Source of the DNA: Spirochaetia bacterium
GTDB taxonomy: Bacteria > Spirochaetota > Spirochaetia > CAKZLE01
NCBI GenBank assembly: GCA_963677595.1
Contig: OY782041.1
Location: 2,848,001 to 2,912,000, forward strand
Length of the DNA stretch: 64,000 nt
Direction of reading: 5' to 3'
Position 1 is the stretch's first letter, and every line of letters starts with the position of its first letter. Positions 21,083 to 31,293 of this stretch are shown in pieces. The translations under genes and the position numbers were made by a program. The notes under the pieces are model-generated. The model was not told the DNA's origin. It saw nothing but the letters and a program-made list of their open reading frames with translations, and did not search any database.

Positions 21083-21565
21083 ATGAATGCACTACTTTAT
21101 ATCGTGACAGCACTGCTGCTTACCCTCTCCTTCATCAAGGACCGGGGTAAGACGAAGAAAGCCCTGAAGAAGGCCTGGAAGTCGTTCGAGAACATCCTGC
21201 CGCAGATCCTCGTGGTGATCATCCTCGTGGGCGTCATGCTCACCCTCCTGGATGAGGAGACGATCCTCAGGGTCATCGGTTCCGATTCCGGGTGGATCGG
21301 TGTCGTCCTTGCCGCGATCGTCGGGGCGATCACCCTGATCCCGGGGTTCGTGGCCTTCCCGACAGCTGCCATGCTCCTCTCCGGCGGTGCGGGCTATATG
21401 CAGATCGCGGCCTTCGTCTCCACCCTCATGATGGTGGGGGTCATGACACTGCCGGTGGAGATCCAGTATTTCGGCAGGCGCCTGTCGGTCTACCGTAACC
21501 TCATGGCCTTCGCCTTCTCCTTCCTGGTCGCCTACGTGATCGGGTTCGTGGAGGCCCTTGTATGA
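21083..21565 (+). CDS. Predicted permease, half 1 (DUF318-like)
   Basis: Hydrophobic; ITLIPGFVAFP motif; coupled to the next gene. Confidence 0.75.
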   Translation: MNALLYIVTALLLTLSFIKDRGKTKKALKKAWKSFENILPQILVVIILVGVMLTLLDEETILRVIGSDSGWIGVVLAAIVGAITLIPGFVAFPTAAMLLSGGAGYMQIAAFVSTLMMVGVMTLPVEIQYFGRRLSVYRNLMAFAFSFLVAYVIGFVEALV

Positions 21566-22095
21566 AGACGATCGTGAAGAAATACCGGAACCTGCTCATT
21601 GCCCTCGTGGTATTGGCTGGTATCTCAGTCTTCAACCTGGCTTTCGGCAAGTCGGTGGTGAACCTCGCCGCGGCCCAGTTGAAGGAGATGCTGCTGATCA
21701 TCCCCCCGATCTTCATCCTGCTCGGACTGCTCGATGTATGGGTGCCCCGTGAGACCATGACCAGGTACATGGGAGAGCACTCCGGGCTGAAGGGCGTCGT
21801 GCTCTCGTTCCTGATCGGCTCAGCGGCTGCGGGTCCCCTCTACGGGGCCTTCCCCGTGGCGGCGGTCTTTATGAGGAAGGGAGTCAAGTTCACGAACATC
21901 CTCATCTTCATCGGTGCATGGTCGACCACGAAGGTCCCGATGTTCCTCTTCGAACTCTCCTCGCTCGGGGCGCGCTTTGCCCTGACGAGGCTGCTAATCG
22001 ACATCCCGGGGATCATCATCATCGCGCACCTGCTTTCCCGGATCGTCTCGAAGGAAGAGATCAGCCGTCTCTATGAGAAGGCAGAGAAGCTCTAG
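21562..22095 (+). CDS. Predicted permease, half 2 (DUF318-like)
   Basis: GLLDVWVP, AAAGPLYGAFPVA and GAWSTTKVPM motifs. Confidence 0.8.
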   Translation: MKTIVKKYRNLLIALVVLAGISVFNLAFGKSVVNLAAAQLKEMLLIIPPIFILLGLLDVWVPRETMTRYMGEHSGLKGVVLSFLIGSAAAGPLYGAFPVAAVFMRKGVKFTNILIFIGAWSTTKVPMFLFELSSLGARFALTRLLIDIPGIIIIAHLLSRIVSKEEISRLYEKAEKL

Positions 22096-22219
22096 CAATC
22101 ATACCTGCCCGATTGTTACCAGTTCGCACAGCTGTATGGTCATCAGTGCCGGGGGGGAGCTGAAGCATCTGTCCTGTCGTGGGGATGCAGTTGGAATAGT
22201 CCAGCATCATCCTGCGATC

Positions 22220-23941
22220 CTACCCGACAGACAGGCCATGCCCTTGCCTCCGCCCTTTGAGCTCGTCCCTCACCAGCTTCGGGACGTCATCCCGCAGTTG
22301 TGAAGGCTTGACCACCTCAAAGATGTAGAACAGTTTCTGTACTTCAAGAGGCAGGTCGTCCCAGGAGCCTTCTGCGGGTACCTTCCCTGCCGGCTTTTTC
22401 AGCTTCGCATCGAAGACCTCATCTCGAAGGTCCTGAAACGTATACTGGTCATACAGGAGATATTCGTGCATGATTCGTCTGATGTGCAGCTCGAGTATCG
22501 TGGTCAGGAATGCAAGAAAGACCTTCCCTTCAAGATGCTCGTCGAGACTGTGGTTCGGTCTGTGCATCCTCGCCCTGTACCCCTCGTAAGCCTTCTCGAT
22601 GCGGTCCCTGCCGCGGGTCAGCTTCAGTACCTGCTCAGGTGAGAGCCCTGCAGGCCCGAGGTATCCTGAGAACCCACATGCGGTCATCCGTCTCCGCTGT
22701 GCCTCGTTGTTATGGGAGACAGAGATGATGTTCCCCTCACTGTCCTGTTCCACCGTATAATAGGTCCCATAGAATCCTGTCCCACTGTACAGACTCCCGT
22801 GCTCTTCCAGGTCAGCCTTGCCTCGGGCGAACCTCTCAGCTAACTGCTGCTGCTCTTCTGCCTGTCTGTCGGGGTGCAGGAACAGGTAGACAGAAAGGTC
22901 CCGGGAACCTGTTCCACGTACACTCGGAGTCTCGTTGGTGACCATCCTGGTATAGCAGTACATCCTGATCGCTGCATGGTAGTTCTCGGTATCAAAGATC
23001 ACCCCATGTGCTTCTTGAACGGCATCTTTGAACATCTTGGCAGCAGGCGGCAAGCCGGCCAGGAACCGGAGGTCCCCATCCTTTAGCAGCTGAATGGTAT
23101 CAAGGGAGTGGAACTCCCTGTCCAGTATCAGCGTGGTCCCCGCCTTGAACTCTTTCACATAGGGTCCGTTCAAGACGTTCCTGACTGAACAGTTCTCTAA
23201 CAGCGGCTGGTAATAGAGGGGAATACCGGTTAGCTTGTCGCAGATCATCAGGAGGTCGATCTGCGCATGGTCTGATCCCTCGTTATTCCTGCCATATTTC
23301 GCAGCTTCGAGCAGGGCTGAATACGTCGAGATCCTCCTCGTATCCAGGGGGTACACTACGATCTCCCCGGCAGTGCTCGCCCCCTGACGTGCATACAACC
23401 GCTCCTGATAATAACCGAAGAACCGTTCGATGGAAGCGGAGTCCACTGCGTCAAGGGCTTTCGCGATCCCATCCTCTGCAGGCGGGTCGACTAACGTATG
23501 CAGACAGACGTCATGGAAGTGTTTGGGACGGTACAGGTCACGGTCAGGGTAACTCATCATCGCTTCTACACAGGTGAGCAATTGTTTCCAGTCATTGGGG
23601 AAGACCCGCTTCAGAGCATCCCAGACGCCTGTCTTCTTTGCGGTGGTCTCGAGGAGTGCGACGAAACCATACATCTTGTATTCATGGGCATCGGTATCTC
23701 CCCGGGTGAAGAGCGCATAGCAGGGATCATCGACGAGACCGGTCTCCAGCTGCTCCTCAGGGGGAAGGGCGAGAAAGTTCTTGTTCGGTTCGAACGCTCC
23801 TGCTGCATTGATCCTGCCTATGCCTATCTTCGATACGACGGGATAGGGCTTGCCGGGGACATAGGTCGAGTGTCCCCAATAGAGGTATGTAATGCCGGAT
23901 TTCTTGTTCTTCTGCTTGATTACAACGTTTTTCCTATTCAT
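22220..23941 (-). CDS. Divergent IS1634/IS4-like DDE transposase homologue
   Basis: Similar architecture to the IS1634 transposase at 53808: YPLDTRRISTYS, ILDREFH, RDRIEKAY and LEGKVFLAFL. No convincing terminal repeats found. Confidence 0.7.
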   Translation of the reverse strand: MNRKNVVIKQKNKKSGITYLYWGHSTYVPGKPYPVVSKIGIGRINAAGAFEPNKNFLALPPEEQLETGLVDDPCYALFTRGDTDAHEYKMYGFVALLETTAKKTGVWDALKRVFPNDWKQLLTCVEAMMSYPDRDLYRPKHFHDVCLHTLVDPPAEDGIAKALDAVDSASIERFFGYYQERLYARQGASTAGEIVVYPLDTRRISTYSALLEAAKYGRNNEGSDHAQIDLLMICDKLTGIPLYYQPLLENCSVRNVLNGPYVKEFKAGTTLILDREFHSLDTIQLLKDGDLRFLAGLPPAAKMFKDAVQEAHGVIFDTENYHAAIRMYCYTRMVTNETPSVRGTGSRDLSVYLFLHPDRQAEEQQQLAERFARGKADLEEHGSLYSGTGFYGTYYTVEQDSEGNIISVSHNNEAQRRRMTACGFSGYLGPAGLSPEQVLKLTRGRDRIEKAYEGYRARMHRPNHSLDEHLEGKVFLAFLTTILELHIRRIMHEYLLYDQYTFQDLRDEVFDAKLKKPAGKVPAEGSWDDLPLEVQKLFYIFEVVKPSQLRDDVPKLVRDELKGRRQGHGLSVG

Positions 23942-24148
23942 ATATGCATGGAAATTATGCCTATACCTTCACGGGTCTGTCAAGCCGGCATCTGCCGTGA
24001 ACCGGTCTGCCTTCCCTGTTTGTACGACCCATGAGCGGTTGAGTTGAAATAGGAGCGCCCTCCGGAAACATTCCTGTTGATACCATACCCCAGGTGCGTT
24101 ATCATAGAGGAATTAAAACATATTCATACACGGTAACTGGAGAATACG

Positions 24149-25297
24149 ATGTCTGTGCTCAACGACCTTCTCTATATGCACATCTACAACCAGGCGATAG
24201 TCGCCGTCGTCATGGTCGCCCTCTACCTGAACCGCAACACCCGCGTCCAGGGTGCAGGATACTGGGTAGCCAACCTCCTCCTCTACAGTGTGAGCCTCGT
24301 GTTCAACCTCCGGTACCAGCAGACGGGCGTGCTGTCCATGGCGCTCCTCTATTATGCCAGTCAGGTCGTCCAGATGATGCTCTTCATCCTCGGGTTCAGG
24401 GCCTTCCTCCGCCTGCGGATCAGGTGGGCTTGGGTCCTCGGGGTCATTGCGGCGATGCTCCTCCTGCTGTGCATCGTCTTCTTCATCGACCACCGCAAGC
24501 TGCAGCTCCTCTTCGCCGTCTACTGCCTCGGGATGGGTCTCTGGTACCTCCTGGTCTTCTCGAAGGGTATTCGCCAATCCCTGTGGGTGAACCATCTCTT
24601 CAAGCTGCTCTTCTTCCTCTACTGCCTGCTCGACGGGGTATTCCTGTTCAATATCATCACCTTCATCACGGGGGTGCATGTGCTCCTGAACCATATGGTG
24701 CGCGGCTCTGCCATCGCCATCCTCACGGTGGTGAACTATGTCCTCATCCTCCTGGTCAATAACGAGCTGCTCTTTCGGAGGATCAACGAAGGCCTCAGGC
24801 GGGAGAGGGAGATGAAGGTCCTGAAGGTGCTCTCCGAGACCGACAGCCTGACCGGCCTCTTTAACCGGAGGTCGATGGAGGAGCACCTGGCGATACTGCT
24901 CGATGAGGCGGAGAGGGGCGGGGAGCCCCTTGCGCTCTTCATCCTCGATATCGATGAGTTCAAGAAGATCAACGATACCTATGGCCATGATGCCGGGGAC
25001 AGGGTCCTCAAGGCGTACGCAGCCTCGCTGAGGAATTGCATGCGTGAGGATGATACTGCAGCACGCTGGGGTGGTGATGAGTTCATGGTGATCAGCAGGG
25101 GGACTGACAGCCGTTCCGCTGGTTCGATCCATGAGCGTCTCATCCAGCCTGTGCAGGTGGAAGGGATCGTGGAAGCTCCCCTGCAGGTGAGCCTCAGCTG
25201 CGGGTACGCGCTATTCGTGACCGGTGATACCGTCACTACCATCACGAAACGTGCCGACCTCATGCTGTATGAGCAGAAGGGGGGAGGAAGGGGTTGA
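24149..25297 (+). CDS. Membrane-anchored diguanylate cyclase
   Basis: N-terminal TM helices; DSLTGLFNRR, REDD I-site, RWGGDEF. Confidence 0.92.
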   Translation: MSVLNDLLYMHIYNQAIVAVVMVALYLNRNTRVQGAGYWVANLLLYSVSLVFNLRYQQTGVLSMALLYYASQVVQMMLFILGFRAFLRLRIRWAWVLGVIAAMLLLLCIVFFIDHRKLQLLFAVYCLGMGLWYLLVFSKGIRQSLWVNHLFKLLFFLYCLLDGVFLFNIITFITGVHVLLNHMVRGSAIAILTVVNYVLILLVNNELLFRRINEGLRREREMKVLKVLSETDSLTGLFNRRSMEEHLAILLDEAERGGEPLALFILDIDEFKKINDTYGHDAGDRVLKAYAASLRNCMREDDTAARWGGDEFMVISRGTDSRSAGSIHERLIQPVQVEGIVEAPLQVSLSCGYALFVTGDTVTTITKRADLMLYEQKGGGRG

Positions 25298-25318
25298 GCC
25301 TCCCTGTATAAAGAAGGA

Positions 25319-25346
25319 CCGCTCCCCGCGGGAAGCGGGGGAGCGG
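25319..25346. terminator. GC-rich hairpin between convergent genes
   Basis: CCGCTCCCCGC-GGGAA-GCGGGGGAGCGG (one bulge). Confidence 0.5.
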
Positions 25347-25377
25347 CCAGGTTCGGAGGCTGCCGGGGCTTACCCTG

Positions 25378-26670
25378 TCAGTGGACGAGTACCGTACACA
25401 TCTCGGGGAACATGAGCACGAGGATCAGGACCGCATAGTTGATGAGCAGGAAGGGGACCGTCTCCTTCATGATCTGCCCGAAACTGACATTGCAGAGTTT
25501 AGCCGCCATGAATATTGCCACGCAGAACGGGGGGGTTACCGCGCCGAACTCCAGGACCAGCAGTACGACTGCCGCGAAGAAGATGGGGTCGATCCCATAG
25601 GTCTGCAGCATGGGGGTGAGCAGCGGGATGAACAGCAGTGTCGCCACCGTCGCATCCACGATCATCCCGCAGATAGTGAACAGTATGACGACAGCCAGCT
25701 TGAACTGCCAGGGTTCCGTGAGGTTCGTCAGGAAGAAGTTCTGTACCATACCGGAGATCTGTGCGAAGGAGAGTGCCCGTCCTGCCGCTATGGCGAAGGC
25801 CATGATCAGCATGATGCTGCCGACGACCCCGACTGCGGAGGAGGCGATCTTCATGAACGAGCCCTGCACGGATTCGGGGTTCTTCTTCTTCTTGATGAAG
25901 TAGTAGACTGCCCCGTAGATCGCTGCGATAGCACCGGCCTCGGTCGGGGTGAAGACCCCGCCGTAGATCCCGCCGAAGATGATCACGGGCATCAGCAGGG
26001 CCCATACGGCATTCTTCGTGCTCTTCCCGATCTCTTTGGCATAGGGGACGAACTGGAACTTCTCGGCGATCTTCGTCTCGACCTTGCGTCGTACGAGGTA
26101 GTTGTAGACGCTGTAGCAGAAGACGATGATGATCGCGGGGATGACTGTCGAGAGCCATACATCCGAGATACTCAGCCCTGTCACCATCGCATAGATGATA
26201 CCTACCGAACTCGGCGGGATGAGCTGCCCGAGCATGCCTGAGTTTGCGACCAGGGCACCAGAATAGGCTCGCGAGTACCCCCGCTTCTCCATCTCCGGGA
26301 ATACGATCTGCCCGATCGCTGCGACGGTCGCCACGAGGGATCCGGTCAGCGTGCCGAAGAGCGCACAGGTCGCGACTCCGACTGCCCCGGTACTTGCCCG
26401 GAACCGGCCGACGAAGGCATTGATAAAGTTGAACAGCTTCTCTGACAGGTTCGAGTACTGCATGATGAAGCCGGCGAACACGAAGAAGGGCATGGCCAGC
26501 AGGTCGAACACATCGAGGCTGGCATAGGCGCTGGAAGCCAGGTTGGTCAGCGCGAACCCGTGGGTGACGAAGGTGACGGTCGCCGCTATGCCGAGTGAGT
26601 ATGCCAACGGGAATTCAAGGAGGATCGCGAGCCCCAGAAAGATAATCATAAACAGTAAGAAAGCATTCAT
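25378..26670 (-). CDS. dctM: TRAP transporter large permease
   Basis: LLAMPFF, LGQLIPPS, GGIYGGVFTPTEAG and VTPPF. Confidence 0.93.
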   Translation of the reverse strand: MNAFLLFMIIFLGLAILLEFPLAYSLGIAATVTFVTHGFALTNLASSAYASLDVFDLLAMPFFVFAGFIMQYSNLSEKLFNFINAFVGRFRASTGAVGVATCALFGTLTGSLVATVAAIGQIVFPEMEKRGYSRAYSGALVANSGMLGQLIPPSSVGIIYAMVTGLSISDVWLSTVIPAIIIVFCYSVYNYLVRRKVETKIAEKFQFVPYAKEIGKSTKNAVWALLMPVIIFGGIYGGVFTPTEAGAIAAIYGAVYYFIKKKKNPESVQGSFMKIASSAVGVVGSIMLIMAFAIAAGRALSFAQISGMVQNFFLTNLTEPWQFKLAVVILFTICGMIVDATVATLLFIPLLTPMLQTYGIDPIFFAAVVLLVLEFGAVTPPFCVAIFMAAKLCNVSFGQIMKETVPFLLINYAVLILVLMFPEMCTVLVH

Positions 26671-26672
26671 CG

Positions 26673-27239
26673 TTACATCTCCTCGACTTCTGAAGCAGGG
26701 TTGCTCTTGTATTCTTTATGGATGATCTGCCCGATCATGATGAAGACCTTCAGGAATGAATGGATGACCATCAAGACGCTTGCTATGACGATCGAAACCA
26801 TGGGGATCCAGTTCGGCACCTGCAGTGCCGGGGATACGTCATGCATCGGTATGACCAGTTTTGTCAGGTAGGTGAGGAAGTTCCTCAGGAAGAACAGCAT
26901 GAACAGGCCGATGATCAGCTGTGTGGTCAGTTCCACCAGGGTCAGGATGAGTTCCGAGTGCTTCGAGAATCTCTTCACCAGGCCGCTGACGGCATTGATC
27001 CTCAGGTGGTCATTATGGTAGGTGCAGTATGAGGCGCCGATCCAGCCGAGTGCCACCAGGACGAATCTCGCGATCTCATCCGACCACGGCACAGAGATGT
27101 GGATCACGTACCGGCAGGAGATGAAGATCATCGTGGTGATCACCAGTGCGAGCATGACGATCACGCTGAAGAGGCGCTCGATGTTCCCAAGGGAATCGTT
27201 GACCGTTTCAGCGAAAAGAAAAGCTTTGTTTTTTTTCAT
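26673..27239 (-). CDS. dctQ: TRAP transporter small permease
   Basis: RYV...PWSDEIARF and HLRI motifs; 4 TM segments. Confidence 0.9.
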   Translation of the reverse strand: MKKNKAFLFAETVNDSLGNIERLFSVIVMLALVITTMIFISCRYVIHISVPWSDEIARFVLVALGWIGASYCTYHNDHLRINAVSGLVKRFSKHSELILTLVELTTQLIIGLFMLFFLRNFLTYLTKLVIPMHDVSPALQVPNWIPMVSIVIASVLMVIHSFLKVFIMIGQIIHKEYKSNPASEVEEM

Positions 27240-27355
27240 AGATTAATCCCTTCGTCCGCTTTATAAGAAGATCAGCCAGACAGGGCATACGGGGCTATGC
27301 CCCGCAGCCTGTCCGGCTAGTATCCTCAATCAGTGGAGTCCAAACAGTAAGGTGT

Positions 27356-28417
27356 CTACAGGACGTCTGCGAAGTTCACTTCGTAGTAGTCTTTCCTGAG
27401 TCTCTCCATCAGGTCCGCATCGTACTGACCGCTAGCGAATGCCCGCTCCCATACAGGGATCACGGCCTTCTTCATTGCGTTCTTCCATGCCCTGTCAGGA
27501 TAGACGACTTCGACGTTGTTCGCAGGGAGGGTCTTGTTGACATAGTCTGAGATAGCGTTCTTAGACAGGACGTTGTACTCATAGGAGATCTCGTTGACCA
27601 TGTCATCGAGGATGGTCTGCAGTGACGGGTCAAGGCCCTTGAACCAGTTCTCGTTGCTGACATAGAAGACTGACCCGTAGGTGTCGTGGATCAGGACCAG
27701 TTCCTTGATCACTTCTTCCAGGTTGAAGACCTCATGTCCTTCCTCTCCCTGGAGTACGGAGTCGACCGTCCCGTTCTGCAGTGAGGTGTACATGTTGATA
27801 CCGGCAACCGTCTGCATCCCGTATGCACCGCAGAGTTCATGGAACATGGGGTTGTTGGGGACTCGGACCTTCAGGTTCTGCCAGTCATCATAGGAATGGA
27901 CATCCTTGGTGAAGCTCAGGCACTTGAACCCTGAATAGACATAGTCATACACGTGGATACCGCCTTCAGCAGCGAACTCCTTGATCTTGTCCAGCATCCA
28001 GCCGCCTTCTTCATAGTCAGAAGCTGCCTGCTCGTCAGAGTCGAAGAGGAAAGGAAGGGAGATCCAGTCTCCGGCACCGGGGATCATCGTCGACATCTGG
28101 TCTACGGTATAGACTACGACCTGGATGTCTCCGTTCATCATCATCTGTGCTGATTCGACCTGGTTCCCGGCAGTACCTGCCTCGATCAGGTTACCGACCA
28201 TCTTGCCGCCTGATTTCGCTTCCAGTGTCTTAGCCATCTTGGCTACAGCCTGGCTGGCAAAGTTTCCGGTGTTCGGTGAGTAGAAGGTCACCCTGATAGG
28301 TTTGTCAGCTGCGGCAGCACTGTCTTTCTCCTGTGCTCCACCGGCAGTGACCAGCGAGGTTGCCATAACCAATACGAGTACCAACGCGATGAAAAGCTTC
28401 GTCCTAAACGATTTCAT
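27356..28417 (-). CDS. dctP: TRAP transporter solute-binding protein
   Basis: Signal peptide, LKVRVP (conserved Arg), YTSLQNGTVD. Confidence 0.88.
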   Translation of the reverse strand: MKSFRTKLFIALVLVLVMATSLVTAGGAQEKDSAAAADKPIRVTFYSPNTGNFASQAVAKMAKTLEAKSGGKMVGNLIEAGTAGNQVESAQMMMNGDIQVVVYTVDQMSTMIPGAGDWISLPFLFDSDEQAASDYEEGGWMLDKIKEFAAEGGIHVYDYVYSGFKCLSFTKDVHSYDDWQNLKVRVPNNPMFHELCGAYGMQTVAGINMYTSLQNGTVDSVLQGEEGHEVFNLEEVIKELVLIHDTYGSVFYVSNENWFKGLDPSLQTILDDMVNEISYEYNVLSKNAISDYVNKTLPANNVEVVYPDRAWKNAMKKAVIPVWERAFASGQYDADLMERLRKDYYEVNFADVL

Positions 28418-29088
28418 ACAAAACCCCTCTTTGTTTTTATTATAAATCCCCTACGGGATCTATTTCCTTGGTATACCACTCAGGCAGCTGAGCTTGGGAA
28501 GGTCCCTTCCGCACTGGGACGGCCTTGGTCTGCATCATGCAGGCAGCTCCCGTATCTCTTGGATCAGTCCTTGGTGATAGGTGCAAAACAGGTATCATGT
28601 GCATCAGGTCACGATCATGAAAGTGCTATATCCTGGTCATTATCACTTTAGTATATGCTTGCACTAAGAATCTTTAATGCACAGTAATACAGGTATTGTA
28701 ATCCTAAGAGTGATTGATTGTCAAATAAAAAATGTAAATAAGTAATCATTGTAGGAGAATAAATAATCATAAGACAGCAATAAGTGATATTGATAAGATA
28801 ATAGTTGTGTATTGTATACAGTATAATTATATAGGGTTATACTGTGCTAGTACAGCTGGATGTGGTTTTGCCTATTACAGTATATGGTAATACAGGCTTG
28901 TATATGTATCATATTGTTGTTGTTACTGATCGAAACGAATGCACAGTATGTATGAGTCTGGTGGTGCCGACTTCCCGGCGGGAGCATGCCGATGCGGCCT
29001 GTGTATCGTAGAGGGCAGCCGGTATGGTGAAATATCATCACGCAGCAATTCGTAGTATGCTATAATCATCACAAGAGGAGGGGGATCT

Positions 29089-30123
29089 GTGGGAATGAAG
29101 AGGGGACGTACGATATCAAGGGGACTCATCGTGTTCCTGCTGATCATCGTTCTGCTCTCTGCCGGGACTGCCGGCTATATGCTCATCGCGGACCTCTCCC
29201 TCATCGATGCCCTCTACATGACGATCATCACCATCTCGACGGTAGGCTTTCGGGAGGTGACTGACTTGGATGCAGGGGGGAAGATCTTCACCATCCTCAT
29301 CATCCTCAGCGGTCTCGGTCTTGTATCCTATGCCGTGGTCCAGCTGGCATCGTTCCTGATCGAGGGCGGGGTGAAACAGATATTCAGGAGGCGGGCCATG
29401 AAGAACCGGATAGCCGAATTGCAGGAGCATATCATCATCTGCGGGGCAGGGCAGACCGGGGCGAGCGTCATCGAGCAGTTCAGGCTCGCCGGTACTCCGC
29501 ATGTGGTGGTCGAGCAGGATGAGGAGCGGATCAGGGAACTCGATGACGGCAGCCTCCTTGTCGTGAACGGGGATGCCACGAACGAGGATGTGCTCGAGGA
29601 AGCGGGGATCCTGCGTGCGAAGGGGGTGGTCTGCTGCCTGGATTCAGACGTCGACAACGTCTATGCGGTACTGACCGCAAGGGGTATGAACCCCAAGCTC
29701 CATATCGTCTCGCGTGCCATTGAGAAGGGGGCTGCAGAGAAGCTCAAGCGGGCCGGTGCAGACAAGACGATATCGCCGAACGAGCTCGGCGGGGCCAGGA
29801 TGGCCTATATGATGCTCCGTCCCCATGTCGTCTCCTTCCTCGATATCGTGACGAGGTTCGACGACGAGGTGCTCGACCTTGGTGAGGTCACCGTCGAGGC
29901 GGGGTCCCAGCTTGCCGAGACGATGCTGAAGGATTCGAAGCTTCCTGAGAAGACCGGCCTGATCATCATCGCCATGCGAAAACCACGGGGGAAGCTCCGG
30001 TTCAACCCCGGCCCACGAGAGGTCATGGTCCCCGGCTGCAGCGTGCTCGCGCTCGGCAAGTACGACCAGCTCGAGAAGCTGAAGCAGATGGCAAAGGGAC
30101 CGGAGGTGGAGGAACCCGCCTGA
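29089..30123 (+). CDS. Potassium channel with TrkA-N/TrkA-C (RCK) domains
   Basis: Pore motif TISTVGF, HIIICGAGQTG Rossmann motif, GDAT. Confidence 0.93.
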   Translation: MGMKRGRTISRGLIVFLLIIVLLSAGTAGYMLIADLSLIDALYMTIITISTVGFREVTDLDAGGKIFTILIILSGLGLVSYAVVQLASFLIEGGVKQIFRRRAMKNRIAELQEHIIICGAGQTGASVIEQFRLAGTPHVVVEQDEERIRELDDGSLLVVNGDATNEDVLEEAGILRAKGVVCCLDSDVDNVYAVLTARGMNPKLHIVSRAIEKGAAEKLKRAGADKTISPNELGGARMAYMMLRPHVVSFLDIVTRFDDEVLDLGEVTVEAGSQLAETMLKDSKLPEKTGLIIIAMRKPRGKLRFNPGPREVMVPGCSVLALGKYDQLEKLKQMAKGPEVEEPA

Positions 30124-30126
30124 GGA

Positions 30127-30877
30127 TCAGGAGGTAATGGTGATACCCAGCTCTTCGCAGTAATCGATCAGGGACCGGTACTCACGCTCCGCGATGGCCT
30201 TCAAGATCTTTCTGTCGAGCTTCTGATACTCATGAATAGCGCTTCCGGAAGCCTGTCATCCCCATCATCGCCTTCGCTGTCTTGTGGGATATGACGCTAG
30301 CGTTCTCGAGAACAAGGAATGCGGCTGCACTGTTCTCCGGCATGCCGAGCCGCTGCACTGCCACAATATGCTGGGCAAGGTCAATGGCAGCCTGGCATGC
30401 ACGCTCGATGTTCAGGATCATAGCATCGATATGGGTATAGTTGTCTAACGAGGGATTCGCTGCATACGCTTCGAGTATTCGCCGTATTGATCGCTCTATC
30501 ACAGCTGCCTTGCTGATGCTGATATTATCGTTGTCAGTAGCTATCTTCAGGATCGCTGCACGTATACATGCCATGCGATCCTCGTCTTTCACATAGACAG
30601 CCATGCCTTTCAGCAGGGCCTCACGGGAATAGGCCAGGCTCGTGCTGATGATATCTCCCAGGTCAACTGTTCGTGCTAGATCAAACGAGAGGTCCCCGAT
30701 CCATCGCATCTTCTCTGTTGCCGGAATACTGATACCTTGCTCTGCCATCACAGCTAGATCTATATCACTGTCGGGTCGGAGATTCCCCGTGACTGCACTT
30801 CCGAGCACGAAGACCGCGAGTATATGCTCCTTTCCTGCAACATACCGGGATACGACTTCCCTGATCCTTTCTACCAT
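30127..30877 (-). pseudogene. MntA nucleotidyltransferase joined in frame to a HepT/DUF86 toxin that is frameshifted in its RX4H motif
   Basis: GSAVTG..RPDSDIDLA, then LNIERACQAAIDLA. After MTGFR the frame shifts near 30240 and continues AIHEYQKLDRKIL...TITS* to 30127. Confidence 0.75.
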
Positions 30878-31022
30878 AAGGAGAGTATATCATGAAGGAG
30901 TGAATTAATGGAGCAAATGTGGGTGCATGGATTCTATCCAACTGAGCCTGGGCAGATGGTCTGTATGCTTCATGATCTTATGAGATCACCTAAATAGCAT
31001 TGTATCTCTCGGATCCTTGAAT

Positions 31023-31283
31023 CTATACACGCTGACTGGCGAGTGTTTTTCCCAATTCCCAGATATCATATCTATCTATATCAATCTCTTCATTCCAGGC
31101 AACGGCAAACCCGCTATCAATTACACGTACAGTGTTAAAGAACGTAACATTCTTGATAGGGCGAAACATCTCAAAGTCCTGAATATATGGGTGTACATCA
31201 AACTCTTTAATAGTACCATCCAGAAATTCTGTCTCAAGGTGAAAATCTGGTAGTGGAATAACTCGTTTAATTCTTGGAACCAT
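31023..31283 (-). CDS. DUF2442-family antitoxin-like protein
   Basis: IKRVIPLPDFHLETEFLDG..KEFDV and AVAWNEEIDID; RBS GGAGG. Confidence 0.8.
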   Translation of the reverse strand: MVPRIKRVIPLPDFHLETEFLDGTIKEFDVHPYIQDFEMFRPIKNVTFFNTVRVIDSGFAVAWNEEIDIDRYDIWELGKTLASQRV

Positions 31284-31293
31284 GTACTCCCTC

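Noticed and set aside
22115-24145. CCAGTT / AACTGG as terminal repeats of the divergent transposase
   Set aside because: Only 6 bp match and there is no flanking duplication.
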